A stretch of DNA of 64,000 nucleotides, from contig CP089278.1 in assembly GCA_023920165.1 (NCBI GenBank), positions 1,612,001 through 1,676,000 on the forward strand. Reading direction: 5' to 3'. The position numbers and the translations under genes were made by a program. Within the stretch, counting starts at the first letter, position 1; every line of letters starts with the position of its first letter. The notes under the pieces were generated by a model. It ran no database searches, had not been told where the DNA came from, and saw nothing but the letters and a program-made list of their open reading frames with translations. The DNA is from Curvularia clavata (taxonomy: Eukaryota). Shown here in pieces: positions 62,089-64,000 of the stretch.

Positions 62089-63714
62089 CTAATCATGAGA
62101 ATCGTTGTCGTCCTTGATGTTGTCGCTACAGTGCTTCCTCTCTTCGGTGAATGCGTTTTCCTCTTCCTGTACTTCCTGATGCATAAGGTCCAGCTCCTCG
62201 TTCATACAGCGTTTGCAACTTTCCATCTCTTTCTTAATAACAGCCAGCTCCTTTTCCTTCGACAACCAGGTTTTGCGTAGATCGGCGAGCTTCTTCCGGT
62301 AGCCAAAAAATCGATTTTCCGGCGAAATCGCTTCCGGTACATCTGAGAATGATGTGTTCTGCGGTTTCAGAGGCTCATTAGGTGGTGAGGTCGGGATCGG
62401 AAGTAGTTTGGGACGTTTTTGGCCAAGCGATGCTTCGTCCATGGTCGGCGGAGAACGCCTGTTTGATACAGCGACTGAAGGTGCTGACTCGTGCTCCAAA
62501 CTATTCTCTGTGCATGGTGCCTCTGTCGCTGCCATAGGTCCTCTAGTTGTAGACACTGATGTGGGACTATCAGCTCCTTCGGTACCGGCCATGTAGAGAG
62601 ACTCGATGACCATGTCACTGGGTTTTTCGAAGGCCCTCCTTTGGAGATACTCAATGCCTCTGAGATTTGAGGTCATCGTCTTCATCGCCAAATTCACCTT
62701 GATGGTCGGGGTGTCCTGGACAGGAGTCGATGACTGCAGGAGAGATTAGCAGCGGATCACAAGTGACGAACTTGAAAAATCTCTCTCACCTTAGAAGAGA
62801 GACTCTCACCTCTCTCCAGAGTTCCATTGAGAAAAGGAGGCGGTGTATGTGAGCCACCTTTTTCAGGCCGCTCTCTCTCTGCATCTGCAACAAGTGGAGG
62901 CACAGGTTCCAATGGGAGAATCCGTGAGTGGCTCAGCTTCTTGTTCTTGACATCGAATGTGACCGGTAGATCGGGCTCGTCAAGCGCTTCTTCACTGCGG
63001 TAATGAAAGCGGAAGACTACCCAAGGCTCTCTGCCCGGTCGTGGGGATCTCATTCTCCGTTTAAAGGCACTCTCTGAGGTCTTAGTTATCGGAGTAGAGT
63101 TTCTCTCGATGTCTAGCTGGTATGTCGGAGGGACTCTGTTGTAGCAGACAATGCAGTCAATATCTGGAGAATCGTACCTTGTGTCTTTGACATCATGGAA
63201 AACGTCTAGTTGGCGCGTAATGTAGAGCCGGAGCTCCACTGTACCCACGGTCTCTCGTGAGTCTAGCTCCGACTTTTTTGTGGTGGTAAGTTTGTTCAAA
63301 GGAGCTATTAGCATCTTTGAATTGATAGTACCACTTTCTGTCTTGTAAAGGAAGCTATCGAAGTCAAGCTTCTTCTTGATGTGCTGTACATCCTTTGCTT
63401 CGTATGTGATTGACCTGCGATGGACACCGTCCATGAAGGCATCACATGCTATCTCTTTGGTCTATTCGGCTGTTAGGAATCATAAAATATTGTAGATCAT
63501 CTGTGAAAGAATGCGAAAAATCCCTATGGGTACTTACAGTGCCTCTGAATGTCCCACTGATTTTCGGCTTATTTCCTTTCTCAACCGCAACATAGCAGCA
63601 TACTGCATAGTCGGCTGCGACGTATTCGCCATACTCTCTCAGAGGATCAACACTCCCTTCGACATAAAAGTGAATTTCCGCACTTCTATCCGTGCCCTCT
63701 TCGATGACCTTCAT
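62089..63714 (-). CDS. Hypothetical protein, 3 exons, with C-terminal coiled coil
   Basis: ATG 63714; introns about 63537-63462 and 62789-62734 join three track ORFs in frame (PLREYGEY..., VGTVELRLYITR, PWVVFRFHYRS). Confidence 0.7.
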
Positions 63715-64000
63715 GGTTGTAGAGGTCGATAAGTGATCGAGTATGTTACCGAACCGTGCGGCTCGAGGTGAGATGAAGTTCGTGATAGCCTCAGAGATCG
63801 ATCGACTGGTATGATACTGTCCAGGTGAATGCCTGTCAAGCAAGAATGTGCCTGAATTATGTTGGCGAGATGTCGGGAGAGTTCCAGTAGCTAGATGGTG
63901 GTAAAAGGTTGTGGTTGTGTGATAGGAGATCAAAGAACTGTCTTAGTGCTGTGTATTTATGGGGTTGGAAAGTGAGAGAGGAGAGGGGCTAGAAGCTTGC

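Overview
Gene-dense eukaryotic DNA from a filamentous ascomycete. Short GT-AG introns with CTRAC branch points, a dispersed 5S gene and the pheromone core sequence point to Dothideomycetes/Pleosporales (inferred). About 24 protein genes: MSH3 (partial), gamma-glutamyltranspeptidase, PRP39, a PRO1/NosA-type and two other Zn-cluster transcription factors, a SAM+PH protein, mitochondrial MetRS, SPP2-like G-patch protein, SFK1, ornithine decarboxylase, FYV4/mS41, ARPC1, a LYAR zinc-finger protein, ERV2, a branched-chain aminotransferase, a NEDD8 protease, ER alpha-1,2-mannosidase, RPL38, several hypotheticals, plus a variant 5S rRNA. Signals not explained by routine annotation: (1) a secreted Kex2/Ste13-type repeat-peptide precursor (probably the alpha-type pheromone) whose predicted peptides all differ and mostly carry an unusual MAA(E) C-terminal tail; (2) about 9 CTATT(G/C)R motifs clustered in its promoter, including an exact CTATTGAG; (3) a UUG-initiated 77-codon uORF ending PP-stop in a ~520-nt AUG-free ODC leader; (4) PRP39 with two ~300-nt introns, two possible C-termini and a 3'UTR intron; (5) a four-exon microprotein missing from the ORF track. 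No transposon, CRISPR array, tRNA or secondary-metabolite cluster was recognised. Exon boundaries were read by eye and family assignments come from motif recognition, not database searches.
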